DNA of 64,000 nt from positions 1 through 64,000 of IMG/VR virus record IMGVR_UViG_3300037797_000117; one strand, 5' to 3'. The notes beneath the pieces are model-generated. The model saw only the letters and a program-made list of their open reading frames with translations. It had not been told where the DNA came from and ran no database searches. How positions within the stretch are numbered: the first letter of the stretch is position 1; every line of letters starts with the position of its first letter. The stretch is from a virus. This document shows, piece after piece, positions 53,546-62,709 of the stretch. The position numbers and the translations under genes were made by a program.

Positions 53546-53806
53546 ATGGCAACCACGGAAAGGATGTTCGCCGATCTTCTGGGCGGCACGGAGGAATGGC
53601 AGGAGCGCGCGCTGTGCGCGCAGACCGACCCGGAAGCGTTCTTCCCGGAGAAGGGCGGGACGACCGGGGACGCGAAGCGGATCTGCCGCCGATGCGAGGT
53701 TCGTGGGGAGTGCCTGGAGTACGCCTTGGCCGGAAACGTCAAGTTCGGGATCTGGGGTGGGCTGACGGAGCGGGAGCGCAAGAGGTTGAAGCGCCGCGCG
53801 GGGTAG
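53546..53806 (+). CDS. whiB: WhiB-family regulator (WhiB2/WhmD-like)
   Basis: WQERALCAQTDPEAFFPEKGG...AKRIC..CEVR.ECL.YAL...FGIWGGL.ERER. Confidence 0.95.
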   Translation: MATTERMFADLLGGTEEWQERALCAQTDPEAFFPEKGGTTGDAKRICRRCEVRGECLEYALAGNVKFGIWGGLTERERKRLKRRAG

Positions 53807-53828
53807 ATCATCCACCCGCCCACACGTC

Positions 53829-53857
53829 TTGTATGGAATCAGGGGTACGGGTACACT
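53829..53857 (+). promoter_or_regulatory. Promoter with motif half-site
   Basis: TTGTAT-ggaatcaggggtacggg-TACACT. Confidence 0.7.
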
Positions 53858-53951
53858 GGGGGCGGCTGATCTTGGCCTGACCCCCCTGTACACCCCTGGA
53901 GGCATCGTAGTGAACGGAGCAGACACCGTGGAGGAGGAGGACACCTCCACC

Positions 53952-54458
53952 ATGAACCCGGAAAAGGAACGCCAGGAACGGGAAAGGGCCCAACTCGCCG
54001 ACGAGCGCGAGGCCCGCTACCGGCAGCGGCGTAAAGACCTCACCGCCGACACCACCATCGACCCACGCCGCCGCGACCTGTACCTGGACCGCACCCTGTG
54101 GGACAGCTCCCGGATCGCCGCCGAGCTCGACATCAGCGACCACCGCCTGTCAACCATGCGCGGCGGCCGGCGGACCGCCGGCGGGGTGACCCTGCCGCAG
54201 CGGCCGTACCCCCACCCGTCCGGGTTCATCCCACCCGACGAGATCAGAGGTTACGTGTTCGGCAACCCCACCTACGCGTGGGAAGCCGGCCGGGTCCGCC
54301 AGTTCGCCGTCCGGCGGGGCCTGAACCTACTCAACCTGGACACCGGCCGGATGCGGAAGATGCGCGCCCGGTACGGCCGCGCCCGGCACGGACGCACCAC
54401 CGCGTCGAAGGTTCACAAGGCCGGCACCCCACGGAAGGGCAAGAAGACCACCGACTGA
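53952..54458 (+). CDS. Putative HTH DNA-binding protein (AlpA/Xis-like pattern)
   Basis: LWDSSRIAAELDIS...P.PD...P.W....V..F, basic tail, GGAGG RBS. Confidence 0.55.
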   Translation: MNPEKERQERERAQLADEREARYRQRRKDLTADTTIDPRRRDLYLDRTLWDSSRIAAELDISDHRLSTMRGGRRTAGGVTLPQRPYPHPSGFIPPDEIRGYVFGNPTYAWEAGRVRQFAVRRGLNLLNLDTGRMRKMRARYGRARHGRTTASKVHKAGTPRKGKKTTD

Positions 54459-54606
54459 GGAAATGGGCGAGGCCCGCACCGACCCGGAACAGGACTGGAA
54501 TCCGAGGTCTGGCCAGCGCGGGCCTCTGAGATGAAGCACGACTACAGGTCCCCCGTCTCCGGGTTGTTGGCGCCGCGTAGGTAACGGTACCAGCGCGCCC
54601 GGACCA

Positions 54607-55584
54607 ATGTCATCTTCTGTTGAGGAGATCACCGTGTCCGTGTCCGCGCCCCCCGCCCCGCCCCGTGTCGACGTGTCCGGCTACAACGGCCCGACCATGC
54701 TGGACGACCAGATCCGGCTGGCCGAGGTCCTCGCGACTGCGACCCGGGTCATCCCGGTCGACTACCGCGACCAGCCCGGCGACCTGCTGGCCCTCATCTA
54801 CGAGGCGCAGGCCCTCAACATTCCGGTGATGACCGCCGTCCACAACCTCTACTTCGAGGACGACGGCTCGTACGGCATGTCGGCGCAGTTGATCGGGGCG
54901 TTGCTGCGCCGCGGCGGCGCCGACTGGTCCACCACCATCGAGCAGGGTAAGTCGTGCACCCTGGTGTTCACCTTCGCAGACGGCCGCACCGGTGGAGAGG
55001 CCAAGTACACCATCGGCGACGCGCTTCGGGCCGAGATCGCCAACACCACCAACTGGATCCGGTACCCCGACGACAACCTGTACGCCCGTGCGGTGTCGCA
55101 GGGCGCCCGCCGGTTCGCCCAAGACCTCACCGGTGGCCTGGCCTACGTCCCCGGCGAACGGACCACCGCACCCGCCGTGCAGGAAGAGGCCGTCGACCCG
55201 GACGTGGCCGAGTTCCTCGCCCAAGCTGACGGGGCTTCCACCACCCAGATCCAGGCCCTGACCGACACCGCCCTGGCGAAGAAGTCCAACGGCCTGGCCG
55301 CCAAGCCCGCCGGCGGCGGGAAGTCCGTCGAGGACCGGCTGCGGGAGCTGTGGCTGGCCGCCGCCGCCCGGGAGCTGGCCGCCGCCACCGCACCCGACGC
55401 CGACGCCGGCGAGCCGGCACCCGAGCCCGACCCGCAGCCGGCGGCGGTCCCCGGTGACGGGCACGCCCTCACCGCCCCCGCCGGCGAAGGAGACCTGCCG
55501 TGCCGCTGCCCGGCCGCTGCCGTCCTCGCCACCGGCGAACACGACCCGGCCGTGTGCCTCAACACCGCGGCGGTGACGCCGTGA
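54607..55584 (+). CDS. RecT-like ssDNA annealing protein
   Basis: IP..YR.QP.D.L...L.IP.M.A...MSAQL..AL...W..YP...L.ARA.S..AR. Confidence 0.8.
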   Translation: MSSSVEEITVSVSAPPAPPRVDVSGYNGPTMLDDQIRLAEVLATATRVIPVDYRDQPGDLLALIYEAQALNIPVMTAVHNLYFEDDGSYGMSAQLIGALLRRGGADWSTTIEQGKSCTLVFTFADGRTGGEAKYTIGDALRAEIANTTNWIRYPDDNLYARAVSQGARRFAQDLTGGLAYVPGERTTAPAVQEEAVDPDVAEFLAQADGASTTQIQALTDTALAKKSNGLAAKPAGGGKSVEDRLRELWLAAAARELAAATAPDADAGEPAPEPDPQPAAVPGDGHALTAPAGEGDLPCRCPAAAVLATGEHDPAVCLNTAAVTP

Positions 55585-56063
55585 CCGCGCCGGTCGACCT
55601 GGCCTTCACCGTGCGGCTGCCCTACGCCGCCGCCATCCGCAACGGCACGAAGCCGATCGAGAACCGGGGGCGGCCGCCGCACGGCAAGTACCTCGGCGCC
55701 CGGGTCGCGTTGCACGCCGCCATGACCTGGTCGAAAACCGGCGCCGCCGACCCTCGGATCCGGACCTGGTGGTGGGGACCAGACCGCGCGGACCACCCCG
55801 TCGACCCCGTCGACTTCTGGCCACTCGTCGGCCGGCTCATCGCCGTGGTCACCTTCGCCGGGTGGCACCAGGCCGACCGGACCACACCGTTCGCGACATG
55901 CTGCCAGCCGTGGGGCGACCGCATGTACAACGGCTCCCTCGACACGGTGGCCTGGCACATCGAGCTCGCGGACATCACCCCGATCGACCCGCCAACCTCG
56001 CGGATCCACGGCCGCCTGTCGGTGCCGTTCACCCTTGCCGACCCGATTGCCGACCCGCGATGA
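55581..56063 (+). CDS. ASCH-domain protein
   Basis: TVR.PYA.AI..G.K.IENR...ALHA. Confidence 0.75.
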   Translation: MTAPVDLAFTVRLPYAAAIRNGTKPIENRGRPPHGKYLGARVALHAAMTWSKTGAADPRIRTWWWGPDRADHPVDPVDFWPLVGRLIAVVTFAGWHQADRTTPFATCCQPWGDRMYNGSLDTVAWHIELADITPIDPPTSRIHGRLSVPFTLADPIADPR

Positions 56064-57079
56064 GCGGCGTCGCCCTACGGACCGCGTCCGACCTGGTCGC
56101 CGAAACCCGGGCCATGGTGGGGAAGGCGTTCACCGCTGAAAACAGCCGCCGCCAGGCCGAACGCGACCCGACCCGGCTCACCATGTCCGGTCTCGGCGGC
56201 TGCACCCGCGCCGCCGCCTACTCGATCGCGGGTACCCCACCGTCCGACGTTGCCCTCCCGGAAGAGGCCCGCCAAGCCCTCCTCGGCACCTGGATCCACG
56301 AACATCTCCTGCCCGGCATGGCCGAATTCGCCGGCCCCGACGTCGTGGTGGAACAGCCGGTGAAACTCGCGGCCGCCGGCCTCGTCATCACCGGCACCTT
56401 GGACATGGCCGTCCACGACGTGGTGTGGGAGGTGAAGTCGGTCAAGGAGTGGCGTCTACACGGCGTGCGCCGCAAAGGGGTCTACGCCGAACACCGCGTC
56501 CAGGCCCGCGGCTACGGCCTGGCCTACCTCCAGGCCGGCAACCCGGTCAGGTGGATCGTGTTCATCTACATCGACCGCGCCACCGGCGAAGTCCACATCG
56601 AGGCCGAGCCGTTCACCAACGCCGCCGCCCTGTCCGTCATCGACCGCCTCGACCGGATCAAATTCCACGCCGGCGACGACCCCGACCGGGCACCCCGCGA
56701 GGGCCGCGGCCCCGGCGTGTCCCTCGCGTGCGACCGCTGCCCGTGGCTACGCCGCTGCTGGGGCGACGACGCAGTCCCCGGCAAGACCGGCCCGCAGCGC
56801 ACGATCGCCCGCACCGACGCCGGAATCGAGTACGCCCTCGACCTGTACGGCCGGGCCGCCGCCGCCGCGTCGCAGGCCGAACGCGACAAGACGTTCGCGA
56901 AGCTGATCCTGGCCGCCGCCCCCAACGGCCAGTACGGGTCGTGGATCTACGGCCGGGGCAGGGGAAGCGAAAAGTGGGACCACGACCAGATCGCCGCTGA
57001 CTACGCCGCGGCCGGCTTGGAGGTCCCCAAGGCACCCACCGCCGGGAAGATCATCGTCAAGCCGGCCCCCCAGAAATAG
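56060..57079 (+). CDS. Cas4-like / PD-(D/E)XK exonuclease
   Basis: S.LGGC.R...GT.IH...GTLD...EVKS...Q...Y...CDRCPW...C. Confidence 0.85.
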   Translation: MSGVALRTASDLVAETRAMVGKAFTAENSRRQAERDPTRLTMSGLGGCTRAAAYSIAGTPPSDVALPEEARQALLGTWIHEHLLPGMAEFAGPDVVVEQPVKLAAAGLVITGTLDMAVHDVVWEVKSVKEWRLHGVRRKGVYAEHRVQARGYGLAYLQAGNPVRWIVFIYIDRATGEVHIEAEPFTNAAALSVIDRLDRIKFHAGDDPDRAPREGRGPGVSLACDRCPWLRRCWGDDAVPGKTGPQRTIARTDAGIEYALDLYGRAAAAASQAERDKTFAKLILAAAPNGQYGSWIYGRGRGSEKWDHDQIAADYAAAGLEVPKAPTAGKIIVKPAPQK

Positions 57080-57476
57080 GCGACACCCCACGGAAGTCCG
57101 GTGTCTTCGGCCACTTACGGAGTACCGTGTTCACCGCTACTACCCGGTCTGCGGGCATGCGGCCCGACGGTGGGGATGCCCCGGAAACTATTCCGGCTCC
57201 CACCCGAGGGCATCGGGTAGGAGCCGGAATGTTGGCCCTTGTCAAGGGGCCACGGGCCAGGAGGGTCGAACAACTAAGCCGAGTTCGCAGCACGTCTCAG
57301 TCTCACTCAAACCAACCTCAACAGATCCCTGAGGAAAACACCCAGAAGATCCCGATGAAAACAGGCCCTGCGCGGGCGTCACGCGTTAACGAGTATAGCG
57401 GAACCGCGGGCGATGCATCACCGCCTACTTGTTAACACGTCCGGCGTGTCGGGGCTTCGAGTAGGAAGCAGACCAG

Positions 57477-58628
57477 ATGGCCGGCATGTCGGCATCCGAC
57501 GCCGATTTCGAGATCGAGATCGAGCCGGGGCGGGTTCCGCCCCCCCACACACCAGCCCCCGACTGGATCACCATGTCGGCCTTCTCCGCAGCGGCACAGA
57601 AGCTGCACAAGGTCCTCGGCATGCACGTCAACCGGGACCGCGGCGACGGGATCGTGTGGCCCAGCACCCGCAGCCTGGCCGCGCTGATGGGGTATAGCCG
57701 CGGCGACAAGATCAGCACGTTGTTGAAGGAACTCGCGGCCGGCAAGGCCATCGAGATCCGCCGCCGCGGCGTGCCCTGCCGCAACGTCTACGTCTGGCAC
57801 CAGCTCCCACCCGAGGGCTACACCGGCCCGGTGACGTTGAAGGACTGGTACAGCCGCAACCGGCCGCTGCTGGACCAGATGCGGAAAGCCGAGCAGGCCC
57901 GCCGCAAGGCCCGCCGCAAGACTTCCGCAAAAGCCCAGGTCAACCCAGATACCCCCGATCCAGGGGGCACCCAAGCGGACCCGGGGTGCCCCCCCGATGG
58001 AGGGGATCAGGCCCACCCCGATTCAGGGGATCCAGATACCCCCGATCCGGGTCGGGAACAAGAAGAAGAAGAACAAGAAGAAAAGAACCCCCCCCCTACC
58101 CCCCACGACGAACCGGCGGCGCCCGACGACGGCGAGGCCGCAACGGCGGAGGGGGAGGAACCTGAAGATCACATACAGACCCGCATCGACGATGCCGTCG
58201 TCGAGGTGCGGAAGCTGCGGCCGGGGTGGTCCCCTCCGCGCGTAGTGAAGGTTCTCCGGGCTGCGTTGGGTGAGGGCCGGGATCCGGCGGTGGTGTTCGC
58301 GGCGGTACTGCTGGTCGCTGCCGATCCGGCGACGAAGCACCCGTCCCGGTTGAACCAGGACGGGGATTGGTGGCCGGCGGCGGAGCGCGCGGTTCGTCGG
58401 CCCCCGCCGGCGCCGCCTCGTGTTTCGACGGTGTGGTGCGACCGGCACGGCCACAGGTACCCGGCGGGTGAGGACTGCGGTCTGTGTATGGCCGAGGCCC
58501 GGAACGGCGGCTACGGGACTTCTGACGGGCCGGGCGGGGCATCTGTGATCGACCTCAGCGACGCTGAGTGGGCGCGGCTGCCGGCGGCGACCCGTGCCCG
58601 GTACGCGGCGGCTCGGAGCGGGTCGTGA
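57477..58628 (+). CDS. Replication initiator (N-terminal HTH)
   Basis: WPS.RSLA.LMG.S...L.EL...I...RNVY, internal repeats, C-terminal C..H...C..C. Confidence 0.8.
   Translation: MAGMSASDADFEIEIEPGRVPPPHTPAPDWITMSAFSAAAQKLHKVLGMHVNRDRGDGIVWPSTRSLAALMGYSRGDKISTLLKELAAGKAIEIRRRGVPCRNVYVWHQLPPEGYTGPVTLKDWYSRNRPLLDQMRKAEQARRKARRKTSAKAQVNPDTPDPGGTQADPGCPPDGGDQAHPDSGDPDTPDPGREQEEEEQEEKNPPPTPHDEPAAPDDGEAATAEGEEPEDHIQTRIDDAVVEVRKLRPGWSPPRVVKVLRAALGEGRDPAVVFAAVLLVAADPATKHPSRLNQDGDWWPAAERAVRRPPPAPPRVSTVWCDRHGHRYPAGEDCGLCMAEARNGGYGTSDGPGGASVIDLSDAEWARLPAATRARYAAARSGS
57945..58087 (+). repeat. Putative replication origin: four iterons plus an A-rich tract inside the initiator gene
   Basis: ccccgat(cc/gg/tc)agggg at 57953, 57992 and 58016, a variant at 58040, then gaacaagaagaagaagaacaagaagaaaagaa. 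Confidence 0.7.
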
Positions 58629-59023
58629 CCGCCGCCGCCCCGGCGCCGGCCGGGGGCGAGCGGCGTCCGGGGCCGCCGGCGCTGTCGCGGATCGAGGACT
58701 GCCCGACGTGTGGGCAGCGGATCACGTCGGTGATGGACCGGGTGGGGAAGCCGGTGAGGTTCAACTGCGACGACAACGGTAAGGCGGTGCGGTCGCCGGT
58801 CGGTGAGTGGTGGGCGGCCCGGTTCAGTGACCGGTGGTGTGTGGTGCGCCCGGAGCGGGGTGAGGATCCGCCGTCGACGGGTGGTGGGGTGCGGTATCGG
58901 CAGCACAACTGTCGGCGGACGGTTGAGGAGTTGGCTGCGGAGGATGTGTTGCGGCAGGTGTTCGGTGTGGTTGAGGTGTTGTCGTTGCCGGATGGTCCGG
59001 TACAGGGGGAGATGGGGCGTTAG
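58625..59023 (+). CDS. Hypothetical Zn-binding protein
   Basis: CPTCG...H.C, coupled to the initiator gene. Confidence 0.65.
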   Translation: MTAAAPAPAGGERRPGPPALSRIEDCPTCGQRITSVMDRVGKPVRFNCDDNGKAVRSPVGEWWAARFSDRWCVVRPERGEDPPSTGGGVRYRQHNCRRTVEELAAEDVLRQVFGVVEVLSLPDGPVQGEMGR

Positions 59024-59046
59024 CTGCCACGACACCCCGGCCGGTC

Positions 59047-59075
59047 TTGTATGGTTTCCGGGGTACGGGTAACCT
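59047..59075 (+). promoter_or_regulatory. Promoter with motif half-site
   Basis: TTGTAT-ggtttccggggtacggg-TAACCT. Confidence 0.7.
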
Positions 59076-59115
59076 TGGAGGGTAGGTTTCCTTCCCACCG
59101 AGTGCTGGAGCGCAC

Positions 59116-59457
59116 ATGGACGAATCACCCATCGACACCACCGAGCCGCTCGGTATCCAGGCGAAACAGGTCCTCATGATGGCCGCCGAGGACCGGCTCG
59201 TCGGGTACAGCTTCCCGATCGACATGACCGACCCGGAGTCGGTGCAGGCCGCCCAGGAAGAGATCGGGCCTACCGGGGTTCTCCCCGACGACCAAGTCGG
59301 CGTCTACTACCTGATCAAGGTGACCGACGTTGCCGGGAACCGGGTGCCGTCGATCGTTGCCGAACCTGAGGTCCGGTCGACGATCTTCGGGATTGCGGTC
59401 AAGACCGACGCGGTTCTGGCCCGCAAGTACGCCTACCAGAGGTACCTGCTGCCGTGA
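59116..59457 (+). CDS. Hypothetical protein
   Basis: GGAG RBS. Confidence 0.7.
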   Translation: MDESPIDTTEPLGIQAKQVLMMAAEDRLVGYSFPIDMTDPESVQAAQEEIGPTGVLPDDQVGVYYLIKVTDVAGNRVPSIVAEPEVRSTIFGIAVKTDAVLARKYAYQRYLLP

Positions 59458-59993
59458 CCGGGCCAGCCGACCGGCCCACCGGCCCCGCCGCGACAACGAC
59501 CGGGTGGCGTGTCGACGTCCACATGCCCGTGTGGGAGTCGGGGAAGAAAGCTGGGGAGCCGGTCGGCTGGCTGTCGCTGAACCGTCTACCCACCACCCGG
59601 TGGCAGAAGGTCGCCTTCGACAAGGTTCGAGGCCTGTGGCGCACCGGCGCCTACAGCGCCCTGGTCGTGGCCCGCGTCCCCCGCGGCCTGGCCCGGGCCG
59701 AAGTGGCTGTCGAGTTGCGGTTCACAGACCGGACGGTCCGCGACCCGTCGAACTACGAGTTGACCATCAAGCCGGTCATCGACGCGCTCGGCCCGCAACG
59801 AATCTACGAGTCGAAGGCGAAGAAGAAAGACCACGGCATCGTCGTCGAACACGGCCGCGGCGTCATTCCGGGCGACGACCCCCGCTACCTGGTTCGGCCC
59901 AACACCACCGTTGGTGAACCCCTCGGCCGCACCAACCCGATCAAGGGCATCGTCACGTTGACGATCCGCCCACTACCCGCCCTGGAGGTGTGA
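59454..59993 (+). CDS. RusA-like Holliday junction resolvase
   Basis: LSLN...RDPSNY..T.KP.IDAL...GVIP.DD. Confidence 0.8.
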   Translation: MTGPADRPTGPAATTTGWRVDVHMPVWESGKKAGEPVGWLSLNRLPTTRWQKVAFDKVRGLWRTGAYSALVVARVPRGLARAEVAVELRFTDRTVRDPSNYELTIKPVIDALGPQRIYESKAKKKDHGIVVEHGRGVIPGDDPRYLVRPNTTVGEPLGRTNPIKGIVTLTIRPLPALEV

Positions 59994-60427
59994 TGCCCGT
60001 CGACCACGTACGTCGCGAACACATGCCGTGGCGGGCCCCGCTCGACCGGACCGAATGCGGCCGCGCCCTCAGCAACGTTCCCGGCCGGGTCCTGTCCCGC
60101 GCGGAGTGGCACACGGTGGCCCGCGAATGGAACGACCTGGTCCGTAGCTACCGGGTGGCGAAGATGCAGGTTCCGGCGTCCGCCGTCCGCCCCAACGTGT
60201 GTATGACCTGCTGGACGACATGCGAGCGGTGGCCGGCGTGGGAACGGGTGCCGCTGCGGCCGTTGTGGCGGTGGCTCGACGACTTCGGCTACTACCCGGC
60301 CGGCCGCGACGCTGAACAGGCCTGCCGGGAGCTGTGGGCGATCGGGCACCTGGTCCGGCGGCACCGCCGCGAGTTCGACGCCCTCATCGAATCCATGCCT
60401 GACGGCTACCGCCGCGACGACCTGTGA
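59990..60427 (+). CDS. Hypothetical protein
   Basis: TECGR...CMTC, coupled. Confidence 0.65.
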   Translation: MMPVDHVRREHMPWRAPLDRTECGRALSNVPGRVLSRAEWHTVAREWNDLVRSYRVAKMQVPASAVRPNVCMTCWTTCERWPAWERVPLRPLWRWLDDFGYYPAGRDAEQACRELWAIGHLVRRHRREFDALIESMPDGYRRDDL

Positions 60428-60443
60428 AAGGGGGGCGACCTCT

Positions 60444-61430
60444 GTGACCGAGCAACCCGCTGCCGAGATCGACGCGATCGTGGGGGCCGACCGGAAACGA
60501 CGGCTGATCGAGGCCGCCGCGGACCGGTGGACGCTGTACGGCGAGTTCAGCAGCAATGCCCAGGCCCTGCGCTACGCCCAGCAGACATGGCCCGACGCGG
60601 CCATCCTGGTGGCCCGCGGCCAGGTGTGGCGCCGGAAAGGCCCGGCCCGCCGCGGCGACATCGGGGTCATCCTCGGCCGCGACGACGAGACCGTCACCAT
60701 CGAACAGGTTCTTCACGCCGAGCAGATGGTCGACGTCGGCGGTGGGCGGCGCCTCAACTACATGTGTTACCTGACGGACAGGTACGAGCTGATCGGCTGG
60801 CATCCCGACTTCGTCCCGGGCGGTGACAACCCGCAGCCGCCGGCGGCGTCGCTGGCCCCGCCGGAAGAGCAACCCACCGGCGGGGAGCCCCCGTTCGACC
60901 CGCGCGCCATGTTCGTCCTGGTGCAACGCGAAGCCGACCTGGACGCCTACATCAAGGCCCGCACCGCCGGCGGCGAAGCGGGTCACGGCCCGCACTGGAT
61001 GCCGATGACCCGGCCCTACTGGCGGTCCGGCACCACCGAATGCCCCGTCTGCTACTTCACCGCGATCGACGTGGTGGCGTTCATCAACGACCCGGTCAAC
61101 CTGGCCAACTACCGTGCCGGCTGGCCCGACTTCCTCGCCGCGTTCGAGCACAAGGACGCCCATTGGAACTACTTCAACGAGCTGTCGTGGGGCGGGTTCG
61201 ACACCGACCTTCAGGTTGCGGCCTACCTCGGGCAGTGGCTGTTCCAGGCCATCCGCGGCGACGTCGCCCGTGAACACGGCGGCACCGGCGCCGACTACGA
61301 CACCGGGTTCATGTGGGCCGGTGACATGGCAGACGTGGTCCTCGAAGCGTGCCCGTTCGCCGATCCACGCGTCGACCTGCCCGCAGACCATGCCCTTGCC
61401 CAATGCGACGGGCAGGAATCCCTGCTGTAA
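60444..61430 (+). CDS. Hypothetical protein (apparently two domains)
   Basis: 328-aa ORF with an RBS and a Pro-rich linker. Confidence 0.65.
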   Translation: MTEQPAAEIDAIVGADRKRRLIEAAADRWTLYGEFSSNAQALRYAQQTWPDAAILVARGQVWRRKGPARRGDIGVILGRDDETVTIEQVLHAEQMVDVGGGRRLNYMCYLTDRYELIGWHPDFVPGGDNPQPPAASLAPPEEQPTGGEPPFDPRAMFVLVQREADLDAYIKARTAGGEAGHGPHWMPMTRPYWRSGTTECPVCYFTAIDVVAFINDPVNLANYRAGWPDFLAAFEHKDAHWNYFNELSWGGFDTDLQVAAYLGQWLFQAIRGDVAREHGGTGADYDTGFMWAGDMADVVLEACPFADPRVDLPADHALAQCDGQESLL

Positions 61431-61447
61431 CCCCGAAAGGAACGATC

Positions 61448-61891
61448 ATGCAGTTGCGTGTGTACGGCGAACCCGTCGACCCGCAGCCGTGGGCCGTCGG
61501 TGACACCGTCCGGCTCGACGACAGCCACGACTGGACCGTTCAGGCCGCCACCGACCACTTCCACGCCCTGACCCGCCCGGTGACCGACCGGGACCGCGAC
61601 GAGGTTTACGCCGAGTACGAGGCGCCCGACGACTGCGACGACGGCGACTGTGACCACTTCGGCTGCCACAGCGAACCGCCGGACCTGGAACGGGGGACCA
61701 CCTGGTACACCGTCGTCGACTGGCGGGGCGGGGTCCGCGGCCCCTGCAACCTGGTCGGGCAGAGCTGGGGCGACGGAACCTACAGCGAAGACCAGTGCGC
61801 CGCGATGCTGGCCGAGTTCGAGTCCGGCAAACGGGAGGTGTCGCACCGCAACCGGGTTCGGCTCGGCGTCGTCGCCGGGGTCGTGCAGTGA
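61448..61891 (+). CDS. Hypothetical protein
   Basis: AAGGA RBS, YTVVDW..GVRGPCNL.G. Confidence 0.7.
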   Translation: MQLRVYGEPVDPQPWAVGDTVRLDDSHDWTVQAATDHFHALTRPVTDRDRDEVYAEYEAPDDCDDGDCDHFGCHSEPPDLERGTTWYTVVDWRGGVRGPCNLVGQSWGDGTYSEDQCAAMLAEFESGKREVSHRNRVRLGVVAGVVQ

Positions 61892-62334
61892 CCGCCCCCG
61901 CTCTGACCGTCCCGGACCTGGCCGGGTTCGACACCTGCTACGGGGTGCGGATCTCCTGCATCGGCGACGACGGCGACATGGTCATGCTCGGCCATGTCGA
62001 CCGGCGCCGCGCGATCGCCGCCGTCCGTGCCTACCTGCGCAAGCTGTGGATGGTCCAGGCCGAAGTCGACGACCACCTGACCTGCCATCTCGGCCTGGAC
62101 CCGGGAGACGCCGAGCGGGCCGCCGAACGCGGCTTCGAGTTCGACGCCGGCATCCACCGGCATGCTGTCGTGGTCGAGCACTGCAACCGGTGGCCGGCCT
62201 GCCAGGAACCCGACGCCGACTGCGGCGAGCCAGACTCCTGTACCGGGCTCGGCGGCTACGACTGGTACCTCAAGGTCGACGACGTCACCCCCGACACCCC
62301 GGGCGCATTCCCCATCACCTACTGGTCCGAATAG
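61888..62334 (+). CDS. Hypothetical protein
   Basis: Coupled ORF, GHVD...PGAFPIT. Confidence 0.65.
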   Translation: MTAPALTVPDLAGFDTCYGVRISCIGDDGDMVMLGHVDRRRAIAAVRAYLRKLWMVQAEVDDHLTCHLGLDPGDAERAAERGFEFDAGIHRHAVVVEHCNRWPACQEPDADCGEPDSCTGLGGYDWYLKVDDVTPDTPGAFPITYWSE

Positions 62335-62377
62335 CACCCCCGCACCACCCGTTTCCCCAACGGAAAGGCCCGAAACC

Positions 62378-62524
62378 ATGACCGACCCCAACCCGGCCGT
62401 CAGAGCGGTCGCCGACCTGATCGAGATGTCCATCGTCGACGCCGAAGATGCCGGCATGCCCCGCGACCAGTTCGACCGGCCGCTACGCGCGCACCTCGAC
62501 CGGCAGGAAGGCAGGAAGGCATGA
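62378..62524 (+). CDS. Small hypothetical protein
   Basis: GAAAGG RBS. Confidence 0.5.
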   Translation: MTDPNPAVRAVADLIEMSIVDAEDAGMPRDQFDRPLRAHLDRQEGRKA

Positions 62525-62709
62525 ACCGCCACAACGACGAGTTCGACCCGGACGACGTGATCACGGTCGGCGGGCAGCCGGGCATCACCGTCGGCCAACT
62601 CGCCGAAATCGCGTTCGCCCAGGAGGACACCTACCGGCGGCAGATGCGCGACGCCGGGCTCGGGGTCCTACTGGCCGACGACGCAGTCGAAGGTGGAGAC
62701 CATGCCTGA
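62521..62709 (+). CDS. Small hypothetical protein
   Basis: Coupled ORF. Confidence 0.55.
   Translation: MNRHNDEFDPDDVITVGGQPGITVGQLAEIAFAQEDTYRRQMRDAGLGVLLADDAVEGGDHA

Noticed and set aside
56060-57079. Cas4-like gene as part of a CRISPR system
   Set aside because: No cas1/cas2 and no repeat-spacer array seen. The context is phage recombination.
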